Assembly (NCBI GenBank): GCA_036491125.1
Contig: DASXCO010000094.1
Location: forward strand, 309 to 64,308
DNA from: Acidimicrobiales bacterium
GTDB lineage: Bacteria; Actinomycetota; Acidimicrobiia; Acidimicrobiales; AC-9
Direction of reading: 5' to 3'
Length of the DNA: 64,000 bases
In this document: positions 46,311 through 55,089 of the stretch, piece after piece
Layout of the letters: each line of letters begins with the position of its first letter
Numbering within the stretch: position 1 is the first letter of the stretch
Program-made: the position numbers and the translations under genes
Notes under the pieces: model-generated
Database searches by the model: none
The model's input: only the letters and a program-made list of their open reading frames with translations
What the model was told of the DNA's origin: nothing

Positions 46311-47120
46311 CTACCTCCCCTTCCACCGCGGAGGCCGTTTCTCGGCGAAGGCCAGAGGCCCCTCCTTGGCGTCCTCGCTCTTGAAGACCATGTTCGACAG
46401 CTGTTGCTCGATCTTGTAGGCCTCCTCGAGGGTGACGGCCAGGCCCCGCAGCACGCTCTCCTTGGTCGCCCGCACCGCGAGCGGGCCGTTGGCGGTGATC
46501 CGTCCGGCCCACTCGAGCGCTCGATCGAGGAGCTGCTCACGGGGAACGATCTCGTTGATGAGGCCGACCTCCAGGGCCCGCTGCGCCGGAAAGGCCTCGG
46601 CGGTGAGGAGGAACTCCATCGCCGCCGGGAACGCCACCTGGCGAGGAAGGCGGACGGTGGTCCCTCCCCCGGCGAAGAGACCCCGCTTGGGCTCCATCAC
46701 CCCGAAGGTGGCGTCGGGGCTGGCGATGCGGATGTCGACGCCCCCCAGCATCTCCATCCCACCCGCCACGCAGGGCCCGTTCACCGCGGCCACGATCGGC
46801 TTGTACAGCTCGACGTTGCGCAACACGGCGTACGTCCCGTCGGTCAGCCGACAGCCGTCGACCTCGGTGACCTCGCCCGAGCCGATCTTCTCCGCCAGCG
46901 CCGTGACCTGTGGGATGTAGGTCTTGAGGTCGGCACCGACGCAGTAGGCGTCGTCGACGCCCGTGATGATCGCCACCCAGGCGTCGGGATCGTCCTTGAA
47001 GCGCCGCCACGCCTGGGTCAGGTCCCGGAAGTGGTACATGTCCAGCGCGTTGCGCGTCTCGGGCCGGTCGATGGTGATCACCACCACGTGGCCGTCGCGC
47101 TCCTCATAGTGGATCGGCAT
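46311..47120 (-). CDS. Enoyl-CoA hydratase/isomerase (crotonase family)
   Basis: VVVITIDRPETRNAL and CVAGGMEMLGGVDIRIA. Confidence 0.9.
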   Translation of the reverse strand: MPIHYEERDGHVVVITIDRPETRNALDMYHFRDLTQAWRRFKDDPDAWVAIITGVDDAYCVGADLKTYIPQVTALAEKIGSGEVTEVDGCRLTDGTYAVLRNVELYKPIVAAVNGPCVAGGMEMLGGVDIRIASPDATFGVMEPKRGLFAGGGTTVRLPRQVAFPAAMEFLLTAEAFPAQRALEVGLINEIVPREQLLDRALEWAGRITANGPLAVRATKESVLRGLAVTLEEAYKIEQQLSNMVFKSEDAKEGPLAFAEKRPPRWKGR

Positions 47121-47151
47121 GCGGCCGGAGACCTCCAGGGGGCTCAGCGGA

Positions 47152-47171
47152 CCCTGACATGGTAGTCAGGG
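47152..47171. promoter_or_regulatory. Putative operator, perfect 20-bp palindrome CCCTGAC-atggta-GTCAGGG
   Basis: Best copy of the TGAC-N6-GTCA motif. It lies about 32 nt upstream of the enoyl-CoA hydratase start, in the divergent region with the LLM gene. Confidence 0.55.
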
Positions 47172-47311
47172 ATGGCGAGAGCAGGACTCCGGGGTGACTC
47201 GGCGACTCGAGCGAAGAGGAAGCCGCCGCCGTCCAACCAACAGGGTCTGGCCCGTCAGGTACCGGCTGGGGTCCGAGCAGAGGAACAGCGCGACCGGCAC
47301 GATAGAGTCCC

Positions 47312-48214
47312 GTGGTGGAGTACGCCCTGTACCTGCCCCAGCTGCGCATGTCGTTCAGGGCGATCGAGGAACGGGTGCTGGCCGCTGAGGCACACGGCTT
47401 CCATTCGGTGTGGTTCATGGATCATCTCGCCGCGCCGGCGATGCCAGAGGCCGACACCTTCGAAGCGTGGACGATCGCAACCGCGTTGGCAGCGCGCACG
47501 TCGCGGATCCGCATCGGGCACCTGGTGTTGTGTGACGCCTTTCGACACCCGGCGCTGCTGGCCAAGATGGCGGCGACGCTCGACGTGCTGAGCGGCGGAC
47601 GCCTGGAGCTCGGCATCGGCTGGGGATCGGTGGAGCAGGAGCTGCGGGCCTACGGCTTCGCCGCCGACGGACCCGGGGTTCGCGCCGGCCGGTTGTCGGA
47701 GACCCTCGACATCCTGAGGCTCATGTTCGACGGCCGGCGATTCGACTACGAAGGGCGCTACTACCGCCTGACCGACGCCATCGGGCGACCGGTCCCGGCC
47801 CAGGGCCGGGTTCCCATCCACGTCGGCGGCGCCGGTCCCCGGCTCACCCTGCCCCTGGTGGCCCGCCACGCCGACTGGTGGAACTGCCCGTCCACCGCCG
47901 TCGACCGGCTCGGTGTGCTGCGGCACCAGATCGGGCAGGCCCGGGTCTCGACGCAGCACCCCGTGGCACTGGCCCCCAGCCGCCAGGATCGCGGCGAGGT
48001 GGTCGCCACCGCCCAACGACGCTTCGGATCGTGGGGCGGCCTACTCGCCGGAACCGCCGACGAGATCGCCGCCGCCCTGGCCTCCGAGGCCGCTCTCGGG
48101 GTGGAGCTGTGCATCCTGCAGTTCTCGGATTTCGGGGAGCCCGAGACGTTGGCCCGGTTCGCCGGCGACGTCGCCCCCGTCATCAGGGACGCAGCGTCGC
48201 CGGCTCGCCGCTAG
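47312..48214 (+). CDS. LLM class (luciferase-like) F420-dependent oxidoreductase
   Basis: GFHSVWFMDHL...RIRIGHLVL...GGRLELGIGWG. Confidence 0.85.
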   Translation: MVEYALYLPQLRMSFRAIEERVLAAEAHGFHSVWFMDHLAAPAMPEADTFEAWTIATALAARTSRIRIGHLVLCDAFRHPALLAKMAATLDVLSGGRLELGIGWGSVEQELRAYGFAADGPGVRAGRLSETLDILRLMFDGRRFDYEGRYYRLTDAIGRPVPAQGRVPIHVGGAGPRLTLPLVARHADWWNCPSTAVDRLGVLRHQIGQARVSTQHPVALAPSRQDRGEVVATAQRRFGSWGGLLAGTADEIAAALASEAALGVELCILQFSDFGEPETLARFAGDVAPVIRDAASPARR

Positions 48215-48486
48215 TTGCTCAGCGTCTCCTTGACCGCCGACGCCTGACTGAAGCGCAGCGCCTTGCTCGCGGGAATCGAGATCGCTGCACCTGTCTGGGG
48301 ATTGCGACCCATCCGCGCCGCCCGCTGGGAGACCGAGAAGGTCCCGAACCCGGGCCAGGCCACCTTGTCGCCAGCCTTGACGCCGTCCACGACCGCCCGA
48401 AAGGCCGCCGCGAGGACCGCTTCGGCCTCTCGTTTCTCCACGCCTGCCTCGGCCGCCACCTTGTCGACCAGCTCAGCCTTGTTCAT
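48211..48486 (-). CDS. hup: HU family DNA-binding protein
   Basis: MNKAELVDKVA...GFGTFSVSQRAARMGRNPQTG. Shares a CTAG stop overlap with the convergent LLM gene. Confidence 0.92.
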   Translation of the reverse strand: MNKAELVDKVAAEAGVEKREAEAVLAAAFRAVVDGVKAGDKVAWPGFGTFSVSQRAARMGRNPQTGAAISIPASKALRFSQASAVKETLSN

Positions 48487-48579
48487 GACACCTCCTCGTC
48501 CCCGGCAGCCACCGCCAGGGCGTCCTACGACCGTACGGGGTTGGGACGCCCGAGTGGGTGATTTCCGCCCAGCCTGGCC

Positions 48580-49926
48580 TCAGCCCCGGGGCAGGCCCAA
48601 GACCCGCTCGGCGAGGATGTTCCGCTGGATCTCGCTCGTCCCGCCAGCGATCGTACCCGAGAACGAGCGGAGGTACTGGGCCGCCCAGGCACCCTCCCGC
48701 CAGCCCCCCGGACCCGGGATCGAGGTGTCGATGGCCTCGGCGCCGAGGGCCTCGACGCCGGTGAGGTAGAGCCTCCGCTCCACCTCGCTGCTGTAGAGCT
48801 TGAGGAGGAGGTGCTCAGGCGACGCTTGGCCGCGGGAGAACTTGCCGAACCCCCGATAGCCCAGGAGCGTGATGGCGTGGGCGTCGATCACCAGCGACGC
48901 CACCCGGTCGCGAAACACGTCGTCGTCGGCCGGCCTCCCGGGCCTGCCGTCTCCCTGGGCCGGCCTCCCGGGCCTGCCGTCTCCCAGGGCCGGCCTCCCG
49001 GGCCGGCCGTCTCCCTGGGCCGGCCTCCCGGGCCTGCCGTCTCCCTGGGCCGGCCTCCCGGGCCGGCCGTCTCCCTGGGCCGGCCTCCCGGGCCGGCCGT
49101 CTCCCTGGGCCCGGCCCAGCTCGATGAGCTCCTCCACCCCCCGCTGGACGCTGTGGGCGTTGGCGATCCACAGCATCCCCCGCTCGTGCGACAGCGACCC
49201 CTGGGTGATCCTCCAGCCGTCGTGGAGCTCGCCCAGCAGGTTGGCGGCGGGGACGTTCACGTCGGTGAAGAAGACCTCGTTGAAGTCGGCGCGGTGCGGC
49301 TCGGTCAGCTCGGGCAGCGGTCGACAGGTGATCCCGGGCGATCGCATGTCGATGATCAAGGCGCTGATGCCACGGTGCTTCGGCGCCGCCGGGTCGCTGC
49401 GGACGAAGCACAGGCACCAATCGGCGTGATGGGCGCCCGACGTCCATACCTTCTGGCCGTTCACCACGAACCCGTCGCCGTCGAGGACCGCCCGGGTCGA
49501 GAGCGACGCCAGGTCGCTCCCGGCTCCCGGCTCGCTCATGCCCAGGCACCAGGTGATCTCGCCTCGGAGGGTCGGCAGTGCCCACAGCCGACGCTGGTCA
49601 TCCGTGCCGTGGTCGACGATCGACGGCGTGACAATAGACAGGCCCTGCGGGTTGAGCGACCGCGGGATCTCGCCGGCAGCCATCTCCTCGAAGTAGATCA
49701 TCTGCTGCACGGCGTTGGCGTTGCGCCCGCCCAGCTCGGGCGGCCACCCTGGCACCAGCCAACCCGCGTCGAAGAGCCGGCGCTGCCACGCCCGGGCCCA
49801 GTCGGGGAGGTGGGCGCTCGACAGCTTGGCCTCCATGAACTGCTGCTCGGGCGGGGCGTTGGCCTCGAGCCACTCCCTCAGCTCGCGACGAAAGTCCTCG
49901 TCCTCGTCCCGATACCGGAGTCGCAC
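48580..49926 (-). CDS. Acyl-CoA dehydrogenase carrying an in-frame 6 x 10-aa repeat insertion
   Basis: ACAD motifs CLGMSEPGAGSDLASL and GGTSEIQRNILAERVLGLPR. The (GDGRPGRPAQ)x6 repeat lies between ELIELGRAQ and DDDVFRDRVASL. Confidence 0.85.
   Translation of the reverse strand: MRLRYRDEDEDFRRELREWLEANAPPEQQFMEAKLSSAHLPDWARAWQRRLFDAGWLVPGWPPELGGRNANAVQQMIYFEEMAAGEIPRSLNPQGLSIVTPSIVDHGTDDQRRLWALPTLRGEITWCLGMSEPGAGSDLASLSTRAVLDGDGFVVNGQKVWTSGAHHADWCLCFVRSDPAAPKHRGISALIIDMRSPGITCRPLPELTEPHRADFNEVFFTDVNVPAANLLGELHDGWRITQGSLSHERGMLWIANAHSVQRGVEELIELGRAQGDGRPGRPAQGDGRPGRPAQGDGRPGRPAQGDGRPGRPALGDGRPGRPAQGDGRPGRPADDDVFRDRVASLVIDAHAITLLGYRGFGKFSRGQASPEHLLLKLYSSEVERRLYLTGVEALGAEAIDTSIPGPGGWREGAWAAQYLRSFSGTIAGGTSEIQRNILAERVLGLPRG
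48931..49110. repeat. 6 x 30-bp perfect-register tandem repeat (cggcctcccgggcc[t/g]gccgtctccc[t/a]gggc)
   Basis: Six consecutive 30-mers differing only at two positions. In frame inside the ACAD gene. Confidence 0.9.
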
Positions 49927-49947
49927 GAGGTCACCATACTGTGCGAC

Positions 49948-49963
49948 CTGACATCAGCGTCAC
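49948..49963. promoter_or_regulatory. Putative operator CTGAC-atcagc-GTCAC
   Basis: TGAC-N6-GTCA palindrome 22 nt upstream of the ACAD GTG start at 49926. Confidence 0.5.
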
Positions 49964-49974
49964 CTACGCCTCGG

Positions 49975-51195
49975 TCAGTGACGGTGGGTGAGCAGGAGGC
50001 AGCCGGCCAGCGGGCCGCCACCGGCGGCCGCCACCGCCACCTCGGGCGGCCCCGCGACCTGACGGTCCCCTCCCTCTCCCCAGAGCTGGAGGCACGCCTC
50101 GTGTAGGAACCCGTAGCCGTGCAGGCGCCCGGCCGACAGCTGGCCACCGCTGGTGTTGAGGGGGATCTCGCCGTCCAAGGAGATCCGCTCACCCCCGTCG
50201 ATGAACGGGCCACCCTCACCTTTGGCGCAGAAGCCGAGGGCCTCCAGCCATGCCAGCGCGATGAAGCTGAAGCCGTCGTAGAGCTCGGCCACATCCACGT
50301 CGCTCGGGCGCAGATCGGTCCGCTCCCACAACATGGCGCCGGCATCGCGCAGCGCCATCGTGGTGAGATCATCCCACTGGTCCCACGACGGGCGGCCTCG
50401 GATCGCCGTACCCACCGCGTCCACCTGGATGGGATCCCGGCGCAGCCCGGACGCGGCGTCCGCTCGTGACACGATGAGCGCCGTGGCGCCGTCGGCGGGT
50501 ACGTCGCAGTCGAACAGGCAGAGCGGCGACGAGATCATACGGGCTGCGAAGTAGTCGTCGAGGGACATCGGGTCTCGGTAGATGGCCTTCGGGTTGCGAG
50601 CCGCGTTCCTCCGGGCGTTGAGGGCGATGTGGGCCAGCTGCTCTCGAGTCGTGCCGTACTCGTGGAAGTGCCGCTGGGCGTAGCAGGCGATCCAGTTGGC
50701 GGCCGAGGGCGCGCCGAACGGCAGGGTCCACTGCATGAAGCCGTCGGCCCGGAAGGACCCGCCACCGCCGCCCGAGGTGACGCTCGCCCTGCCCTTCGTC
50801 CCCTGGGCCGTCGCCTCCCACACGCTCCGGAAGCACAGCACATGCGTGGCCAGCCCCGCCGCCACGGCCACGCAGGCGTCGATCACCGAACCCAGCTGAC
50901 CGGGCAGCTCGATGCCGCCCGTGTACCAGTCGAGCTCGAGGCGGAGCGCGTCCTGGACCTCGACCACGCCAGCCCCGGAGAAGCCTGGTGGGGTGCTCAT
51001 GTTCCCTGGGTAGGTGGCGATGCCGTCGATGTCCTCCCGGGTGAGACCCGCGTCGGCGATGGCATCCAGACACGCGTCCAGGGTGAGCCCCAACGGCGAC
51101 CGGTTGAGACGCCGGCCGACATCGGACTGGCCGATCCCCGTGATGACGGCGCCGCGCTCGCCGATGCTCACGCCTCGGGTACCACGGCCGGTCAC
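49975..51195 (-). CDS. Thiolase-like lipid-transfer protein (SCP-x/Ltp-type, non-acetoacetyl thiolase)
   Basis: ORF 49975..51507 trimmed to the GTG at 51195 (GTGA overlap with the DUF35 stop). Contains GAVITGIGQSDVGRR...LTREDIDG and thiolase-fold C-terminal blocks. Confidence 0.85.
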   Translation of the reverse strand: MTGRGTRGVSIGERGAVITGIGQSDVGRRLNRSPLGLTLDACLDAIADAGLTREDIDGIATYPGNMSTPPGFSGAGVVEVQDALRLELDWYTGGIELPGQLGSVIDACVAVAAGLATHVLCFRSVWEATAQGTKGRASVTSGGGGGSFRADGFMQWTLPFGAPSAANWIACYAQRHFHEYGTTREQLAHIALNARRNAARNPKAIYRDPMSLDDYFAARMISSPLCLFDCDVPADGATALIVSRADAASGLRRDPIQVDAVGTAIRGRPSWDQWDDLTTMALRDAGAMLWERTDLRPSDVDVAELYDGFSFIALAWLEALGFCAKGEGGPFIDGGERISLDGEIPLNTSGGQLSAGRLHGYGFLHEACLQLWGEGGDRQVAGPPEVAVAAAGGGPLAGCLLLTHRH

Positions 51196-51602
51196 GCCGC
51201 CGGCTCGAAGAGGGGGATCCACACGTCGTCGTGGTGCTCGAAGAGCACCCGCACCGGCATGCCGACGTGCACGTTCTCCACATTGCAGTTGACGACGTTG
51301 GTCATGAGGCGCAGGTCCTGCTGCTCCTCGATCTCGACGATGGCCACCACGTACGGCGGGTCCAGTCCGGGGTACCAGGGCTGGTGGTTGATGGTGTAGG
51401 TCGCCACCGTGGCCCGGCCGCTGACCGTGTGGGGCGCGAGCTCCCGGCTGAGGTCGCGTGGGCACACCGGCGCCGGGGGGTGGACCAGGTATCCGCAGCT
51501 CGAGCACCGGAGGAAGCGCAGCTCGCCCGCCTCACCTCCCCGCCAGAAGTGCTCGTTCTCGCTGGTCACCCTGGGCAGCACCCGGAAGGGCGTATCCGCC
51601 AT
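51192..51602 (-). CDS. Zn-ribbon/OB-fold protein (DUF35 family)
   Basis: ORF trimmed to MADTPFRVLPRV. Contains the FWRGGEAGELRFLRCSSCGYLVHPPAPVCP rubredoxin-like knuckle plus an OB fold. Confidence 0.85.
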   Translation of the reverse strand: MADTPFRVLPRVTSENEHFWRGGEAGELRFLRCSSCGYLVHPPAPVCPRDLSRELAPHTVSGRATVATYTINHQPWYPGLDPPYVVAIVEIEEQQDLRLMTNVVNCNVENVHVGMPVRVLFEHHDDVWIPLFEPAA

Positions 51603-51624
51603 CTCGTCGTCGCTTCCTTCCGTC

Positions 51625-51723
51625 GGGGGGGCCTCCCGGGCCGGCCTCCGATTCACTGGGCCGGCCTCCCGAGCCGGCCTCCTATTCACTGGGCCGGCCT
51701 TCCGGGCCGGCTCCGACCGAGGG
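51625..51723. repeat. About 3 x 33-bp tandem repeat, each unit with a GGCCGGC-N7-GCCGGCC hairpin
   Basis: gggccggcctcccgagccggcctcctattcact and two diverged neighbours, intergenic between the AhpD-like and DUF35 genes. Confidence 0.75.
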
Positions 51724-51728
51724 GGCCC

Positions 51729-52088
51729 TCAGTCGGTTTCGCTCTCGGGAGCCGAGTCGAAGCCCCGCCTGGCGTATGGCAGCGCCGCCACCGCGGGGAG
51801 CAGGCCGAAGCCGGGGAGCGTCAACATGATCGATCCCACGAGCTCCTCCCAGGTGGCTCCGACCTCCTTGGCCAGCATGGCGTGGCGCTGCACTCCCTCT
51901 GGATTGCGCAGGATGACGGTGCAGACCATGCGGATCAGCTCGTGGGTCTTGCGGTCGGGGGCCTGCAGCGAGTCGATCTGGGCCAACCAGGCGTTCTGGG
52001 CCTCGTGCAGGGCGGGAAACACCTCATGGAGGGGGCCCTCGAACGGGAAGTTCCAGTCCGGCTCCTTCTCAGGCACGGACCCAATCAT
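51729..52088 (-). CDS. Carboxymuconolactone decarboxylase (AhpD-like) family protein
   Basis: The size and the pattern ...LDRKTHELIRMVCTVIL.. are typical of the CMD/AhpD-like fold. Confidence 0.7.
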   Translation of the reverse strand: MIGSVPEKEPDWNFPFEGPLHEVFPALHEAQNAWLAQIDSLQAPDRKTHELIRMVCTVILRNPEGVQRHAMLAKEVGATWEELVGSIMLTLPGFGLLPAVAALPYARRGFDSAPESETD

Positions 52089-52129
52089 GCACCCGCTCGG
52101 CGCGGGTAGAACGGCGGCACGCCCGGCCC

Positions 52130-52561
52130 TCAGCTGCGCGAAGGCAGCGCCGCCGTGGCCTCACCCTCCACCTTGACCTCGCCCTCGGCGTTCGTCAGCG
52201 CGCACTCGAGGTCGACGAGGTTCTCGCTGTCATCCTTGCGCTTGGCCTTCACCACGACACTCGTGACGAACTCCTCGCCCGGCCAGGTCTGCTTGACGAA
52301 GCGGACCTTGTACCGGCGGAGGTTGCCAATGCCCACGTAGTCGGTGATCGCCCTCCCGAGGACGCCGGCCGAGAACATCCCGTGGCCGAACACGCTGGGG
52401 AGACCTGCGGCCTTGGCCTTGACCTCGTCGTGGTGCATCGGGTTGAAGTCCCCGGACGCGCCGGCGTACATCACGAGGTCGGTGCGCGTCAGCTCGTGGC
52501 GGACCTCGGGACCCGCGTCACCCTCGCTCACGTCCTCGAAGAACAGCTTCTGCTCTCCCAT
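52130..52561 (-). CDS. MaoC family (R)-specific enoyl-CoA hydratase (hotdog fold)
   Basis: YAGASGDFNPMHHDEVKAKAAGLPSVFGHGM. Confidence 0.88.
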   Translation of the reverse strand: MGEQKLFFEDVSEGDAGPEVRHELTRTDLVMYAGASGDFNPMHHDEVKAKAAGLPSVFGHGMFSAGVLGRAITDYVGIGNLRRYKVRFVKQTWPGEEFVTSVVVKAKRKDDSENLVDLECALTNAEGEVKVEGEATAALPSRS

Positions 52562-52582
52562 GGGCCCCCTTGCTAGCCAAGC

Positions 52583-52598
52583 CTGACACCACTGTCAA
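52583..52598. promoter_or_regulatory. Putative operator CTGAC-accact-GTCAA
   Basis: TGAC-N6-GTCA palindrome 22 nt upstream of the MaoC ATG. Confidence 0.5.
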
Positions 52599-52653
52599 CA
52601 ACAGGAGGTGGGGCGCCGCCCGGGCCGAGAGCAGGCTCTGAGCGACCCCCCGC

Positions 52654-54831
52654 TCACGGGTCCCTCGGCAGGCCGAGCAGGCGCTCGGCGATGACGTTGC
52701 GTTGGATCTCGCTCGAGCCCCCGGCGATGGTGAGGCACCGATTGGCCAGGAAACCACCCGTCCACGGCGCCGCTGCACCTTCCACGGTCGCCCCCTCCGG
52801 CCCGAGCAGCGTCATCCCTGTCTCCTGGACCCGCTGGTCGTGCTCGACGCCGACGAGCTTGCGCACGCTCGACTCCGGACCGGGGTCGGCGCCGGACAAC
52901 GCCCGCAGGGTCAGTCGGAAGCCGAGGACGGCCAGGCACTCCGCCTCGGCCAGCAGCCGCCCGAGATGGTCCATCGCCACGGGGTCGTCTGCGGCTCGGG
53001 GCGCGATGAGCTGGAGGAGGGACTCCACTCCGAGTCCGAATGACGACCCGCTGCCCATCGACACCCGCTCGTTGGCGAGCGTGGTGCGGGCCAGCCGCCA
53101 GCCGCCGTTCACCTGTCCGACCACACAGTCGTCGGGCACGAACACGTCGGAGAGGAACACCTCGTTGAACATGGCCTGTCCGGTGAGCTCTCGCAGCGGC
53201 CGCACGTCGATGCCGACCGAGCGCATGTCGACCAGGAAGTAGGTGATCCCCTCGTGCTTCGGCGCGTCCGGGTCGGTCCGGGCCAGGCAGATCGCCCAGT
53301 CGGCCCGCTGGGCAATCGAGGTCCAGACCTTCTGCCCGGTCAGCAGCCAGCCCCCGTCCACCCGGGTGGCCTTGGTGGAAAGCGAGGCCAGGTCGGAGCC
53401 GGCGCCCGGCTCGCTGAACATCTGGCACCAGGTCATCTCGCCTCGGAGGGTCGGGCCGACCCAGCGCTCCTGCTGCTCGGCGGTGCCGTGAGCGATGATC
53501 GTGGGTAACGCCCATGCCCCCACGGCCAGCTGAGGACGGCGGATGCGGGCGCGCTGGAGCTCCTCCTCCACAACCAGCTGCTCCACCGCACCGGCGCCCC
53601 TCCCCCACGGGCGGGGCCAGTGGGGCGCCACATACCCTTCGTCGGCAAGTCGGCGCCGCACCTCCTGGGCATCGGCCCGGCCCAGGGTCTCGGCCAGCGA
53701 CCGTACCTCGACGCGAACGGGCTCGGCCTCCTCGGGAAGGGCGATGTCCAAGCTGCGTCGGGCGCCGGTCAGGGCGAGGTCGGCGACGCGCGCGCGCCAC
53801 GGTTGCTGGCCGCTGAGCAGGGCGCGGACGGACGCGGCGCGTTTCAGATAGAGGTGGACGTCGTGCTCCCACGTGAAGCCGATCCCACCCAGGACCTGCA
53901 CGCAATCCTTGGCGCAGGTGAAGAATGCCTCCGGGGCGAGCACCCCCGCGACCGCCGCAGCGAGGGCTGCTTCCTCGCGGTCGTCGGCGCCTCGCGCCGC
54001 GTCCCAGGCCACGGCCGCGGCCTGGCCGGCGGCGACGAGCATGTCGGCGCAACGGTGCTTGACGGCCTGGAACTGGCCGATCGGGCGACCGAACTGCTCG
54101 CGGACCTTGGCGTGGGAGGCGGCGGTATCGACGCACCAGTCGGCACCGCCCGCGCACTCGGCCGACAGCAGGACGGCGGCCAGATCCGCCACCAGCCGGC
54201 CGTCCACACCCGGCAACTCGGCTTCGGTGCCGACCGTCACGCCGTCGACGACGACCTCGCCGACCCGCCGGGTCGGGTCGAGGCTGGGCAGGGCCTCGAC
54301 CGTCACGTCGTTGGCGTCGAGCGCGTACCAACGCTCGCCATCGGGTCCGGTGGCGGGGAGCACGAAGACGCCCGCCTGCCCGGCGCCGAGGACGGGCCGG
54401 GCCCGCCCCGAGAGGCGCACGCCACCGCCGTCACGCTCGGCCGTGATGGAAGACGGACCGAGCGCCACCGCCCCCGTCACCGACCCGTCGCACAGTCCGG
54501 GGAGCCAGGCGCGAGGGTGGGCTTGCGGCCCGCTGGCGGCGATCGCCGCGCTCGCCAGGACCGTCGGCACGAAGGGCCCGGGTGCCACGGCCCGACCGAG
54601 CTCCTCGAGGACGACGGCCAGCTCGGGAAGACCGAACCCCTGGCCACCGTCGGCCTCGGCGACGTGAAGACCGAGCCAGCCCTGCTCGATCAAGGATCCC
54701 CAGAATGCCGGGAGGTCCTCGCCCTCGGCATCGAGCAGGGCGCGGGGCACCGAGGGCGGGCAATAGGCATCGGTCCAGCGTCGGACGGCACGGTGGAGCG
54801 AGACGTGCTCCTCGCTCACCCCTAGCGGCAC
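52654..54831 (-). CDS. Fused double acyl-CoA dehydrogenase (two ACAD modules in one 725-aa chain)
   Basis: The N-terminal half resembles the short ACAD at 56977. The C-terminal half has CQMFSEPGAGSDLASL and GGSSEIQRNVIAERLLGLPR. The architecture resembles mycobacterial FadE34. Confidence 0.85.
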   Translation of the reverse strand: MPLGVSEEHVSLHRAVRRWTDAYCPPSVPRALLDAEGEDLPAFWGSLIEQGWLGLHVAEADGGQGFGLPELAVVLEELGRAVAPGPFVPTVLASAAIAASGPQAHPRAWLPGLCDGSVTGAVALGPSSITAERDGGGVRLSGRARPVLGAGQAGVFVLPATGPDGERWYALDANDVTVEALPSLDPTRRVGEVVVDGVTVGTEAELPGVDGRLVADLAAVLLSAECAGGADWCVDTAASHAKVREQFGRPIGQFQAVKHRCADMLVAAGQAAAVAWDAARGADDREEAALAAAVAGVLAPEAFFTCAKDCVQVLGGIGFTWEHDVHLYLKRAASVRALLSGQQPWRARVADLALTGARRSLDIALPEEAEPVRVEVRSLAETLGRADAQEVRRRLADEGYVAPHWPRPWGRGAGAVEQLVVEEELQRARIRRPQLAVGAWALPTIIAHGTAEQQERWVGPTLRGEMTWCQMFSEPGAGSDLASLSTKATRVDGGWLLTGQKVWTSIAQRADWAICLARTDPDAPKHEGITYFLVDMRSVGIDVRPLRELTGQAMFNEVFLSDVFVPDDCVVGQVNGGWRLARTTLANERVSMGSGSSFGLGVESLLQLIAPRAADDPVAMDHLGRLLAEAECLAVLGFRLTLRALSGADPGPESSVRKLVGVEHDQRVQETGMTLLGPEGATVEGAAAPWTGGFLANRCLTIAGGSSEIQRNVIAERLLGLPRDP

Positions 54832-54856
54832 AGGTACCCCGCCATGCGACCCCTCG

Positions 54857-55066
54857 TCATCTGATTCGCTCGCCGTCTCTTGTGACGGTGATGGACTGGG
54901 TCGGACAGCCCTGGGCCGCCAGCACGATGCGCTCCTCGGTGTCGCCCTCGGGGTCGATCACGATGGCCAGTCCCTCGTCGTCCAGATCGAACACCGCCCC
55001 CGCCCAGTACGAGCAGTTGCCGGAGCCCATGCACGTCTCGCGGTTGATCGAGATCTCCAGCCCCAT
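54857..55066 (-). CDS. Ferredoxin (single-cluster 3Fe-4S/4Fe-4S type)
   Basis: MGLEISINRETCMGSGNC...AAQGCPTQSI cluster motif. An alternative GTG start is at 55084. Confidence 0.8.
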   Translation of the reverse strand: MGLEISINRETCMGSGNCSYWAGAVFDLDDEGLAIVIDPEGDTEERIVLAAQGCPTQSITVTRDGERIR

Positions 55067-55089
55067 CACCCCAAAGGATGACACACGCG

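Noticed and set aside
48931-49110. Possible CRISPR array, suggested by regular 30-bp repeats.
   Set aside because: The units are contiguous with no spacers, lie in frame inside an ACAD gene, and no cas genes are present. This is a minisatellite, not a CRISPR array.
51625-51723. Possible small repeat-peptide gene ([11 protein letters not shown] x2 at the start of track ORF 51192..51689).
   Set aside because: The conserved DUF35 protein starts at MADTPF (51602). The repeat region is a tandem hairpin array, and the same DNA motif elsewhere is non-coding.
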